NCBI GenBank assembly: GCA_965226375.1
Contig: CBDDCX010000008.1
Span: 1,792,001-1,856,000, forward strand
Length of the DNA stretch: 64,000 nt
Direction: 5' to 3'
From: Longimicrobiales bacterium
GTDB taxonomy: Bacteria > Gemmatimonadota > Gemmatimonadetes > Longimicrobiales > Gaopeijiaceae
The notes below the pieces were generated by a model. It did no database searches. It saw only the letters and a program-made list of their open reading frames with translations, and was not told where the DNA came from. Below, one piece after another: positions 1 to 9,332 of this stretch (position 1 is the stretch's first letter; the number at the start of each line of letters is the position of its first letter). The position numbers were made by a program, and so were the translations under genes.

Positions 1-844
1 GGGTGCGCTGCGCCCGGCGTTCCTGAACCGGCACCTCGGAGGCCAGAACACGATACATCGTGCGTTCGCTGCACAGGTAGACCTCTTCGTCGAGCAGCGT
101 GGCCACCACCTCGGCGGGTGAGCGGTCCACGAACCGCTCCGAACACAGCGTGTCGAAGACCTCGCCTCGTTCCGTCTCGCTCAATGCCCGGGCGGGCGTC
201 GGGCGGGGCTGCTGTTGCCCGGTTGATGGGCCTCGACGACGGTACAACGTCGATCGGGAGACCTCGAGGGCCGCGCACGCCGGTTTTACACCGACGTGCT
301 TAGCCAGCTCATCGGCCGCCTTCAAGAGTTTGTCCCGTCGTCGAGGCTTATCCCCAGCAGCCCCGCAACTTTTCCCTGCACGTCGATGATCAGGTGTGCC
401 TTCCTGAGCTCATTCCCGAGCCGTGCGTTTCGCCGCTCCAGCTTGCGTACCTTCTCATCCAGCGGATTTCGCTCCGGCTTGCGGCCGCGTTTCTTCGACA
501 GGGCCTTCAGCGACCCGCTATGCGCCGCCTTGCGCCACGTCGTCAGGTGCGACGAGTACAGGCCCTCTCGCCGCAGGACTTGACCCACCTCGCCGGGCTC
601 GGTGCACCGGTCCGCTTCTTCGACGATCCGCAGCTTGTACGACGGACTGAACCGCCGCCGTAGCGGCCTATCTACTACCTCCGGGTCCGCAGGAGCTGCC
701 GCGCTTCGCTTGGCCTCCCCGGTTCCAGGGGCACTACCATTCTCTGCCATTCTCTCTCGCAGTCCCAACATGTTCGTTTTCTCTGCCTTCGCCCTACTCT
801 AATTCTTTGCGTGCTCCGTGTCTCACGTACGTTGGCAGAGAGGG
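1..844 (-). mobile_element. IS3-family insertion sequence, copy 1 (cut by the window start)
   Basis: Reverse complement matches 17301 onward and 47531 onward; same orfA (322..771) and start of orfB; left end CCCTCTCTGCCAACG, flanked by GTGCG (reverse complement of CGCAC) at 845-849. Confidence 0.95.
322..771 (-). CDS. IS3-family transposase OrfA (HTH)
   Basis: 149 aa, RRRFSPSYKLRIV..LRREGLYSSHLTTW; identical to 17374..17823. Confidence 0.9.
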   Translation of the reverse strand: MLGLRERMAENGSAPGTGEAKRSAAAPADPEVVDRPLRRRFSPSYKLRIVEEADRCTEPGEVGQVLRREGLYSSHLTTWRKAAHSGSLKALSKKRGRKPERNPLDEKVRKLERRNARLGNELRKAHLIIDVQGKVAGLLGISLDDGTNS

Positions 845-845
845 G

Positions 846-941
846 TGCGACATGCACGGCAATGTCTGGGAATGGATGGAGGACGAGTACTGTGCCTACG
901 ACTCCCCCGGGGAAACCGATCCCGATCGATCCATGGCCTGA
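846..941 (+). pseudogene. Fragment of formylglycine-generating enzyme (FGE/SUMF1) domain gene
   Basis: Manual translation gives C-D-M-H-G-N-V-W-E-W-M-E-D-E-Y, the DMxGNVWEW hallmark, directly at the IS end; stop after about 30 codons. Confidence 0.75.
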
Positions 942-982
942 GTTGTGCCTGAGTGGCGCCTCGGTGGCGCCTGAGTACGCCC
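936..982. repeat. Imperfect 11-bp tandem repeat (about 4 units)
   Basis: GCCTGAGTTGT GCCTGAGTGGC GCCTCGGTGGC GCCTGAGTAC. Confidence 0.6.
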
Positions 983-1182
983 CAGGAGCGTCGACGAGCC
1001 CTATTGTTGCCCAGAGGGCGTCTCACGGCCGCACGAGGCCCAGAGAGCCTTGAATGGCCTTTAGCGGTGAGATCGCAAACAACTGACTGGGGTCCATCCC
1101 CCTAGGAACCCTTGTGTCCGCCTATGCTTCACCCGCAGGTTGGTCCTTTCCCATGATCGGATAACCCCGAAGCCGAGGTGAT

Positions 1183-2598
1183 ATGGAGACCATCGGATGG
1201 CTCTCGATCTTACCACCCATCGTGGCCATAGCGTTGGCCATCAAGACCCGGGAGGTCTACATCTCCCTCGCGCTGTTCGTGTGGCTGGGGTGGACGATTC
1301 TGAACTCGTGGAATCCGATCCTTGGGCTCGTGGAGGGTGTGAACGTATTCCTCGACGCCATCACCAGCCCGGGGAATGCTCGCACGCTGGTCTTCTCAGC
1401 CCTGATCGGTGCGATCATCACCCTGACGCAGGCGTCGGGTGGGATGGAAGGGTTCATCAAATGGGTGGAAGCGAAACGGCTGGGAAAGAACCGCCGTACG
1501 GTGCGCATGTTCGGGATCGGCACCAGCATGGTCCTCTTCCTGGAATCGAACTTCGGGCTTCTGGTCGCGGGGTCGGTCTCACGGCCGCTCTTCGACCGGG
1601 CCAAGATCTCCCGTGAGAAGCTTGCCTATATCCTGGATGGGACCTGCGCACCCAAGCAGCTGCTGATCCCCATCAACGCCTGGGGGGCGTACATCGTCAC
1701 GCTCCTGGCGGCTCAATCCGTGCCCGAACCGAACCGGGTCCTGCTTTCGGCGTTGACCCTCAACTTCTACGCGATCCTGGCCATCCTTCTGGTCTTCTTC
1801 GTGGGGATGACCGACTGGAACATCGGGCCGATGCGCGAGGCCGAGCGGCGGGTCCGGGAAGAAGGCAAGCTCCTCAGGGACGGAGCCGAGCCTATGGTCT
1901 CGTCCGACGTCAGCATGCTGGCCGCCAAAGAAGGTGTGCCGCAGCGGGCGATCAACATGTTGCTCCCCATCTTCGCCATGGTCACGACCGTACCGTTCGT
2001 GCTCTGGCTGACCGGGGATGGTGTGATTCTGAACGGCAGCGGGTCAGACGCGGTGCTCTGGGGTGTCATCGTGGGCATTCTTCTTGCGGCCCTCATGTAT
2101 CGTCTCCAGGGAATCATGACGTTACATGAGGTGACGGACTACACACTCAAGGGTATCCAGGGCCTGACGCCCGTGGTCATCGTCCTGGCCCTCGCCTTCG
2201 CCATCGCCGGCACGCAGCAAGCTCTCGGGACCGGCGTGTGGTTGGCCCAGGTCGCTCAGGCCAACGTCAATCCGGGTTTCGTGCCGGCCATCGTCTTCAT
2301 CCTGGCCTGCATCATGGCGTTCTCCACGGGCACCTCATGGGGAACCTTCGCCATAATGATCCCCATCGTGGTGCCCATGGCGGAGCTCCTGGATCTGCAT
2401 CTGGGGCTCACGCTCGCGGCGGCCCTGGGTGGCGGAATCTTCGGGGATCACTGCTCGCCCATCTCCGACAGCACCATAGTGGCGTCCATGGCATCGGCCA
2501 CAGACCACATCGACCACGTTCGGACGCAGCTCCCCTACGCGCTCATCGCGGCGGCGGGGGCCCTGATACTCTTCCTGGGAGTCGGTTTCATGCTGTAG
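1183..2598 (+). CDS. Na+/H+ antiporter NhaC-family transporter
   Basis: 471 aa, multi-TM; AFSTGTSWGTFAIM and GDHCSPISDSTI motifs; GAGG RBS. Confidence 0.9.
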   Translation: METIGWLSILPPIVAIALAIKTREVYISLALFVWLGWTILNSWNPILGLVEGVNVFLDAITSPGNARTLVFSALIGAIITLTQASGGMEGFIKWVEAKRLGKNRRTVRMFGIGTSMVLFLESNFGLLVAGSVSRPLFDRAKISREKLAYILDGTCAPKQLLIPINAWGAYIVTLLAAQSVPEPNRVLLSALTLNFYAILAILLVFFVGMTDWNIGPMREAERRVREEGKLLRDGAEPMVSSDVSMLAAKEGVPQRAINMLLPIFAMVTTVPFVLWLTGDGVILNGSGSDAVLWGVIVGILLAALMYRLQGIMTLHEVTDYTLKGIQGLTPVVIVLALAFAIAGTQQALGTGVWLAQVAQANVNPGFVPAIVFILACIMAFSTGTSWGTFAIMIPIVVPMAELLDLHLGLTLAAALGGGIFGDHCSPISDSTIVASMASATDHIDHVRTQLPYALIAAAGALILFLGVGFML

Positions 2599-2618
2599 AA
2601 GGTCCTGGTGTCACGACG

Positions 2619-4502
2619 CTAGCGGCTCTGGTTCTCCATGAGGACCAAGCCACCGGCCAGCGTGCCGGAAAAGACATCGAGATCTCCGTCGCCGTCGATG
2701 TCGACCACCGACGGGGTGGAGTAGTTGGGCAGGGGAAGCGTAAACGTGGAGTCCTGAACGAACACCGGATCGGCTGTTCCGCCCTCTCGGAGATAGAGCA
2801 GCACGCCGCCGGCTTCTCGGCCGAGGAGTAGATCGTCGTCTCCGTCTCCGTCCATGTCGGCAAACGTGGGGAAGCTTCTGCGGCCCGCGTCGATCCCCTG
2901 GAACTTGTCGCTCACCAGCTCGAAAGTCGGTGCTCGGCGGGTTCCTACGTTCCGGTAGAAGTTCAACTCACCTGAAGACTCTCCGATAAAGAGGTCCAGG
3001 TCGCCGTCCCCGTCCACGTCGGTCAGTGCGGGCGTGCTGTTGCTCCCCCTGGTGAGCTTCACGAGCGTCGTGTCGGCCAGGACAAAGTCCGGTCTCTCTG
3101 GGGAGCCTGCATTCATGTACAAGGACACGCCCTTGTTCCACGTACCCATCAACATGTCCAGATCACCGTCATCGTCCAGGTCGCCCATCGCCGGCGCGTA
3201 ATGGTACATGGTGAAGAGCTCGATCCGCTCCCGCTCTTGGAAGGACGGCGCTTGGGCGGAACCTACGTTCTCGAAGTGGTACATCCGCGAGGTACGAGTG
3301 TCGTTCGGGTCGATCTTGTTGGAGAGGAGTAGATCTAGATCCCCGTCCGCGTCCAAATCCGTGAACGTGGGAATACTCTCGCTCCCCACGTCGATCGTGT
3401 AGATGAAGCGCTCACTCCGGCGGCTGAAGCGACCGTCCACCTGCTCGTAGAATAGAAAGTTCCGGATCGTGGTCAGGTTGGGGTTGAACGCTCCGCCCAG
3501 CACGCCGACGAAGAGATCCAGGTCCCCGTCGTCATCCACATCCGCCAGCGTCGGGACGTTGTATCCGCTCGTGGTCAGCGAGTCTTCGACCTCGAAGGGA
3601 AGGGGTTCACCGAGAAGGATCGGCTCGCTACATGATCCGGTGTTTTCCAGATAGAGCACACTGGATTCGAAGAAGTCACCCCAGAAGAAGTCGAGGTCCC
3701 CGTCGTCGTCCATGTCGGCAAACGCCATGGAGTTGGCGCCGTGGAGGCTCCCCGCCATCGCGGCAACGATCTCGATGCCCTGGAAACGATCTTCGATGAA
3801 CCGGAACAGTGGCGCGCCGTCCGCAGATGTAGTCGACGTTTCGTAACGGCTGATCGTACCATCCACCCGGCCAAGGAAGAGATCCCAGTTCCCGTCGCAG
3901 TCGATGTCGTTGAGGCTCGGGATGTTCTGCCGGTCCGCAAAGAGCGGCTCGCCGTCGACATCTCGGGCCGAGTCCCCCACCGGGAGGAACGCTGCCTCCT
4001 GGGCCGTGCCTTCATTACGGAAGTACTTCACGTAGCTGAACGGACTCTCAGCGAGCAGGTCCAGATCGCCATCCCGGTCGAAATCGAGGAAACGACTCCA
4101 CTCCCCGATTTCCAGATCCTGGTATTGGTCGGTACGCCACACGAAACGGGGATCTCCGGGCGATCCTACGTTCTCGAAGTGCATGAGCTCGCCCGTGCGT
4201 TCCTGGAGGAAGAGATCCAGGTCGCCGTCCGCGTCGAGATCCACGAACTGAGGACGGGGTACGTTGAGGCCGCCCAGGAGGGGCGACTCATAGGCCCGAC
4301 CGGCCTCGTCCAGAAACTCCCAGGCGTCCACCACACGTACGAAGCGGTTGGTCTCCTGCCGGGCGCCCGTGGGTCCGTCCGGCGTTGCAGTGGTAGGGGA
4401 GCCGTAGCCCCCACAGCTCGTAATCGCCAGGCTGCTCAGGGCCCACAGAGCCACGCTCCGACCGGCCAATGTCGCTACGACTTCCGTCATCGTCCTGTGC
4501 AC
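2619..4502 (-). CDS. FG-GAP/VCBS repeat lipoprotein
   Basis: 627 aa with many D-x-D-x-D-G-D-L-D-L repeats; lipobox-like ITSC. Confidence 0.85.
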   Translation of the reverse strand: MHRTMTEVVATLAGRSVALWALSSLAITSCGGYGSPTTATPDGPTGARQETNRFVRVVDAWEFLDEAGRAYESPLLGGLNVPRPQFVDLDADGDLDLFLQERTGELMHFENVGSPGDPRFVWRTDQYQDLEIGEWSRFLDFDRDGDLDLLAESPFSYVKYFRNEGTAQEAAFLPVGDSARDVDGEPLFADRQNIPSLNDIDCDGNWDLFLGRVDGTISRYETSTTSADGAPLFRFIEDRFQGIEIVAAMAGSLHGANSMAFADMDDDGDLDFFWGDFFESSVLYLENTGSCSEPILLGEPLPFEVEDSLTTSGYNVPTLADVDDDGDLDLFVGVLGGAFNPNLTTIRNFLFYEQVDGRFSRRSERFIYTIDVGSESIPTFTDLDADGDLDLLLSNKIDPNDTRTSRMYHFENVGSAQAPSFQERERIELFTMYHYAPAMGDLDDDGDLDMLMGTWNKGVSLYMNAGSPERPDFVLADTTLVKLTRGSNSTPALTDVDGDGDLDLFIGESSGELNFYRNVGTRRAPTFELVSDKFQGIDAGRRSFPTFADMDGDGDDDLLLGREAGGVLLYLREGGTADPVFVQDSTFTLPLPNYSTPSVVDIDGDGDLDVFSGTLAGGLVLMENQSR

Positions 4503-4620
4503 TCCCTCTCAGGACCGCACCCGCCGGGGCCGATCCGCATTCTTGATGACGAGGGGGAAAACCGGTTCGTCCATTCTCCCCCTCGCAGGCTGGCGCTCGG
4601 GCGCCTGATCACCGTCAAAC

Positions 4621-6999
4621 TCAGGTGATGGGCTGCCTCTTCTTGAGAACGAATAGGCCCTCGTTGCCACTGGTGACGATAATGACCCCGCTCTCGAAGT
4701 ACGGATAGTTGCTCCAGGAGCCTCCCATGCCAGCGGAGTTGTCTCCGTACGGCACGGTGTCGAAGTACCCGATCTCAACCGGGCTCTCCGGATCACTGAT
4801 GTCGAGTACGCGCAGCCCACTCCGATAGTTGGACTGGTACATGATGTTGCCGCGAACGTACAGGTTGTGATCACTCGCTTCTTGCGTGCCGAAGTGCTCC
4901 TTGACCAGCTGCGGATCGTCCAGATCCGTAACGTCCCACACCATGGTGCGGGTTTTCGGCTGACCTGCGATCTCGTCGAGTTCGTCGTTCATGTAGTAGT
5001 AGCGGTGGTCCTCGGTGAGCCAACCCTGATGGGCGTAACCCACGCTCGGGTAGCTGGCCCGGGAAAGAGCGATCGTGTTGGCCGGATCCGTCACATCACC
5101 GATGCTCAGGGCCGTTTCGTTGGCTCCCATGCAGATCTGCTTACCGAGGTGTTCCTCATCCGGCCCAGCGTAGGTCACGCACTGTGCATCGTGCGTGTAG
5201 CCCGTGCTGGCTCGACCCGTCTGAGTGTCGGCAAAGCAGCCGGCGAACGTGGGGTTGCTAGGCTCCTGGATGTTGATGATGTGGAGGCCACCGCCACACG
5301 TCTCTCCGCCGGCACGGTTGCCTACGCTGTAGGCGAAGCCGGACTCCTCGTTGATCACGATGTTGTGGGCGCTGGCCACGCCGTCGTAATGAGCCGTTTC
5401 CTCAAAGGTGATGGGCTCCCCTGTGACGTCACGGAGCTGAGTCAGGTCGAAGACCTGAACTCCGTGCTGTCCCGCGCCATCCGCAACGATAAAGGCGTGG
5501 TCCTTGTAGACCTTGATGTCCGTCCAGGTACTCGGATTCGAACCCTCGGGCCGGAGAAGCTGTCCCAGATAGCGGGGCCGGAGGGGATCGCTGATGTCTA
5601 CGAACGCGGATCCGTCGCGGCGACCCACCAGCGCGTACTCGCGTCCGGTCTGCGAGTCCGTCCAACCCCAAACGTCGTTCACGGTTACTCCTCGTGGAGC
5701 CAGGTCCGCACGGGGCATGAACGACACCAGGTCGTAGTCGTCGCAGTCCCAGGCCGACGCCGCGCCGGCAGTGCAGTCGATCTGCCCTCCACTCACGGCA
5801 TCGAAGCCCTCGACCTCACTCATGACGGATTCGGCCATCCCCCAGCCGTCGGTGGTGCGCTCGTAGATGGCGGCCGTGCCCGTGCCGAAGTCTGCCCCGG
5901 TCACGCCGATGACCGCGACGTCGCCGTCGATGGCGATGGTGCTGGCGAAGGCGTCACCCGACTGACTGCCGCTCCCGAGCTTGGTGGCTTCGTTCCAACT
6001 TACGGCCATACTCCCCGAGATGAAGTACGCCGCCCCGCGGCCGCCACTGCCTCTCGGTGCGCCCACCCAGGCTCCCTCTTCCGTGAGGGCCATGGCGGTG
6101 CCGAAGGCGTCTTGCTGGAAGCCATCGAAAGAGACGAGGTGACCACGCGGGTTCCATTCCCCCTCTGGGGCATCGAACTGGAACGCGAACACGGCTCCCT
6201 GCCCTTGTCCGCGGCCCGGGGCGGAGATCAGCGCCTCGTGACCCGCCACGGTCAACCCTGAGCCGAAGCGGTCGTTGGGGCCGATGCCCTGGGCCGCCAA
6301 CGTGCCCGTCTGTTGCCAGCCACCCTCACTCCTGCTGAAGGTGTAGACCGCGCCGGTCTCATCGGCTGCCGGGGCGCCCACGAGGAGCTCGGCGCCGTGG
6401 ACGGCCACGCTCGCGCCGAACCCGGTGCCGGTGCCACCTGATGTGATCGCCCCCTCCGACGTCCAAGCACCACCACTATTGGAGAAGACGTGAGCCGTAC
6501 CCTGGCCCATGTACTGAACCTGTCGGCCGCGGGCTCGCTGGCCCGGCGCGCCGACCACGGCCAATCCGCCCCCGAGGGCTATCGTCGCGCCGAAGTTGGT
6601 ACCTGGGGCGCCACCCTCGAGTTGGCCCACCTCCTGCCAATCACCCGACCCCGACCGCTCGAAGACATAGACGGCGCCCGCACCTTCGTTCTGTGCAGAG
6701 GCGCTGACCATCATCGTCGAGCCGTCTACGGCGATCGCAGCTCCGAATCCGTCACCCGAAGCGGCGTCGGAGGCCTGGAGGCGCGCGGCCTCCGTCCACC
6801 CGCCCGAGCCCTGTCGAAACACATAGACGGCTCCCGGCGTGATGACGTTACTCGCAACACCGACCAGGACATCGTCGCCGCTTACCGCCACCGCGGCGCC
6901 AAACCCGGGACACCCAAACTGGGCCTCTGCTGCTGTCGTGCCCATGACCAGGGCGGAGAAAATGACCAAAAGACTGTAACCAAAGCGTTTCATTATCAC
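4621..6999 (-). CDS. Choice-of-anchor B family protein with N-terminal FG-GAP propeller
   Basis: Signal peptide; FGxxVA repeats; C-terminal half NDVWGW, DIKVY, AHNI, YTHDAQC, HQGWLTED, DHNLY, GSWSNYPYF. Confidence 0.85.
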   Translation of the reverse strand: MIMKRFGYSLLVIFSALVMGTTAAEAQFGCPGFGAAVAVSGDDVLVGVASNVITPGAVYVFRQGSGGWTEAARLQASDAASGDGFGAAIAVDGSTMMVSASAQNEGAGAVYVFERSGSGDWQEVGQLEGGAPGTNFGATIALGGGLAVVGAPGQRARGRQVQYMGQGTAHVFSNSGGAWTSEGAITSGGTGTGFGASVAVHGAELLVGAPAADETGAVYTFSRSEGGWQQTGTLAAQGIGPNDRFGSGLTVAGHEALISAPGRGQGQGAVFAFQFDAPEGEWNPRGHLVSFDGFQQDAFGTAMALTEEGAWVGAPRGSGGRGAAYFISGSMAVSWNEATKLGSGSQSGDAFASTIAIDGDVAVIGVTGADFGTGTAAIYERTTDGWGMAESVMSEVEGFDAVSGGQIDCTAGAASAWDCDDYDLVSFMPRADLAPRGVTVNDVWGWTDSQTGREYALVGRRDGSAFVDISDPLRPRYLGQLLRPEGSNPSTWTDIKVYKDHAFIVADGAGQHGVQVFDLTQLRDVTGEPITFEETAHYDGVASAHNIVINEESGFAYSVGNRAGGETCGGGLHIINIQEPSNPTFAGCFADTQTGRASTGYTHDAQCVTYAGPDEEHLGKQICMGANETALSIGDVTDPANTIALSRASYPSVGYAHQGWLTEDHRYYYMNDELDEIAGQPKTRTMVWDVTDLDDPQLVKEHFGTQEASDHNLYVRGNIMYQSNYRSGLRVLDISDPESPVEIGYFDTVPYGDNSAGMGGSWSNYPYFESGVIIVTSGNEGLFVLKKRQPIT

Positions 7000-7159
7000 G
7001 CCTCACAACGGACTGAACGAAATTGTAGTCCAACAATATTAGCTAATTTTGACATCTTAGAGAGGGCAGGGAAACGGGCAAGGGGTGGAACTTTCTTCCC
7101 CTGTCCCCACGTATGGTATATGTGGGATGTCCACAGCCTTCTAGAGACGGGAGCATCCA

Positions 7160-8221
7160 GTGACGAGGTGGGGACGTCGGTCGAAGATCACATTTCTGGC
7201 GGCTTTGTTGGCGGAGCTATTCCTGCCCAGTCCCGCCGTTCACGACGACCTATGGATCTTCGGATCCTCTCGGGCGCCGGGCTCCTACGACCTGTCGGCC
7301 GCCATGGCCGCCCAGGATCTGCATGCTCCCGATCTCTTTGCCATTGACGGCGTGGTGGGGACCGCAGTCGCGATCGGGCTCGGGGGGACTCCGGTGGTGA
7401 TGGTCTATACGGCTCGCTTTGGTGTGCTGGGCGTGCCGGCGAGCCTCGAGGGTATTCCGGTTCTCCCTGAGGTGACCGGCGAGTTTTGGGCTCTGGGAGA
7501 CGGGCCGCGGGCGAGAGAATCGGAGGGTGCCGTGGACCCCAAGAAACGTTTTCCCCGACCCGTCCCCATCGGAGTGTCCGGTGGACAGCCGGATGTGACC
7601 GCCGGGACCATCGGCGCGCGGGTGAGCGATGGCTCCAAGACCTTTGCGCTGAGCAACAACCACGTGTTCGCCAATCGCAACGACGCCAACAAGGGGGATG
7701 ATATCCTCCAGCCGGGCCGGGTGGACGGGGGCACGGACCCCTCGAACTCGATCGGCACGCTGCACGACTACGAGCCACTCCGCTTTTGTAGCGCCCTGAC
7801 TTGCCCCGACAACCGGATCGATGCGGCCATCGCGCTGACATCGGCTGACAACCTCGGGACGAGCACGCCGGACGACGGGTACGGTGAGCCCCGTGCCAAG
7901 ACCACCGGGGCCGCCCTCAGTCAGCGAGTGCAGAAATATGGACGCACCACAGGATTGACGACGGGCACGGTGACGGGGGTCAACGCCACGATCAACGTGA
8001 ACTACAACAATGGAACGGTCCGCTTCGTGGATCAGATCCTGATCAGCGACGGTAACTTCAGTCAGGGTGGAGACTCAGGATCACTCGTCGTCACCAAGGC
8101 CACTGGAGGGGACGACCGAAAGCCGGTCGGGCTGCTGTTCGCAGGAAGCAACACCCACACCATCGCCAACCCCATCGATCTCGTTCTGAAACGTTTCGGG
8201 GTCGCCATCGATGGGAGTTAG
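7160..8221 (+). CDS. Trypsin-like (S1/PA clan) serine protease with N-terminal pro-like domain
   Basis: Triad contexts LSNNHV, RIDAAIA, GGDSGS; hydrophobic N-terminus. Confidence 0.8.
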   Translation: MTRWGRRSKITFLAALLAELFLPSPAVHDDLWIFGSSRAPGSYDLSAAMAAQDLHAPDLFAIDGVVGTAVAIGLGGTPVVMVYTARFGVLGVPASLEGIPVLPEVTGEFWALGDGPRARESEGAVDPKKRFPRPVPIGVSGGQPDVTAGTIGARVSDGSKTFALSNNHVFANRNDANKGDDILQPGRVDGGTDPSNSIGTLHDYEPLRFCSALTCPDNRIDAAIALTSADNLGTSTPDDGYGEPRAKTTGAALSQRVQKYGRTTGLTTGTVTGVNATINVNYNNGTVRFVDQILISDGNFSQGGDSGSLVVTKATGGDDRKPVGLLFAGSNTHTIANPIDLVLKRFGVAIDGS

Positions 8222-8245
8222 CGGGTCGGCCGGTGGGGCCCTAAG

Positions 8246-8455
8246 TTGACCGACGATATGAAGAGCGCCCTCGAGAAGCTCACGGGCAAGGTGATCGACA
8301 TGCCTGGGGTTTCCGGGACCGCCATCGGACTTTCGGGCGGTGAGCCTTGCTTGAAGGTCTTCGTATCCACGGACGGTGCGTCGGGAAAGATTCCGTCTTC
8401 AGTGGGTGGCCACCGGGTCGTGGTGGAGAGGACAGGAACGTTCAAGCGGTACTGA
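8246..8455 (+). CDS. Small protein homologous to the N-terminal domain of the upstream protease
   Basis: DMPGVSGTAIG..PCLKVFV..IPSSVGGHRVVVERTGTF aligns with AIDGVVGTAVA..PVVMVYT..VPASLEGIPVLPEVTGEF. Confidence 0.75.
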   Translation: MTDDMKSALEKLTGKVIDMPGVSGTAIGLSGGEPCLKVFVSTDGASGKIPSSVGGHRVVVERTGTFKRY

Positions 8456-8563
8456 GGCCGGGGCGCTGGGCAACCATCCGGATGCATCAGGCGTCATATC
8501 CTTAGAGGGGACACCTCGGAGCGGCTTTCGCGGGCCGAGGGATGGAGTTGGACTTCGAAACGA

Positions 8564-9154
8564 ATGGAGACTTCGATGGGTGTGCGAAAGTCAGACATCA
8601 TGGCCTTCACGGCCATTCTAGCCGGCGCCGGCGCGGGGCTCGGACTAACGAGCCTCTTCGCGCACAGCCAGCGGGACGTGGGGGACGAGACCGAGTTCTT
8701 GACCCTCATGGAGACAGAGGCGCCCCACGTGGTCACCAGGATGCGTATGCACCGGTCCGATCACGATCGCCAGCACATCAAGGTCATGCAGATTCGCCGT
8801 CAAGCCCGAGGCCAAGCCCGCGCGGCACGGCAGAGGGTACGCGAGATTCGGACGGACGTTCGGGTCGGGCAGGCGTTCGCGCTCCATGAGGCGCTCGAGG
8901 GCCTAGAGGGGCTCGAAGCGTTGGAGTCGTTGGAGGCACTGGAGTCCCTGGACGCCTTCGAGGGTCTCGATGGAGTTGTGATCGATCTCGAGGCGCTCGA
9001 ACAGGCGATGGATGAGCTCGACTTCGACTTCGACTTCGACGGTGACGTGACTGTCGACGTCGAGGTAGACGATGCCGATGACCAGCACAAGAGGAAAAAG
9101 CGCAAGCGTCGCATCATCGTGAAGCGGCCGGGTAACGACGGGTCGGGCAACTAA
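8564..9154 (+). CDS. Hypothetical membrane-anchored protein with low-complexity acidic repeats
   Basis: N-terminal TM, (LEx)n repeat, DFDFDF, basic C-terminus; followed by a terminator. Confidence 0.7.
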   Translation: METSMGVRKSDIMAFTAILAGAGAGLGLTSLFAHSQRDVGDETEFLTLMETEAPHVVTRMRMHRSDHDRQHIKVMQIRRQARGQARAARQRVREIRTDVRVGQAFALHEALEGLEGLEALESLEALESLDAFEGLDGVVIDLEALEQAMDELDFDFDFDGDVTVDVEVDDADDQHKRKKRKRRIIVKRPGNDGSGN

Positions 9155-9181
9155 ACCCCACCCCGTCTCGACTCGGCTTCG

Positions 9182-9213
9182 AAGAGCCTCGCCCCTCGGG
9201 GCGGGGCTCTTTT
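9182..9213 (+). terminator. Rho-independent terminator
   Basis: AAGAGCCTCGCCC-CTCG-GGGCGGGGCTCTT running into a T tract. Confidence 0.8.
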
Positions 9214-9332
9214 CGTTCCTGGACGTGCAAAATGAGCCCGCATGACCTATAAGTCAGAGGTCATCGAGGACGCGTGTCACAGGGCGGACTCCCTCTGTCC
9301 GCTCCACGCTAGAACCGCCGTGTGAGGTAACC

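Noticed and set aside
845..849. GTGCG next to IS copy 1 as a group II intron 5' end
   Set aside because: The following sequence encodes the FGE motif DMHGNVWEW and no intron structure follows.
936..982. CRISPR-like array
   Set aside because: Units are 11 bp, contiguous and without spacers; no cas genes in the window.
4867..6261. Long antisense ORFs (also 9663..11348, 15563..16753, 62626..63903)
   Set aside because: Shadow frames of real genes in high-GC DNA, with no motifs.
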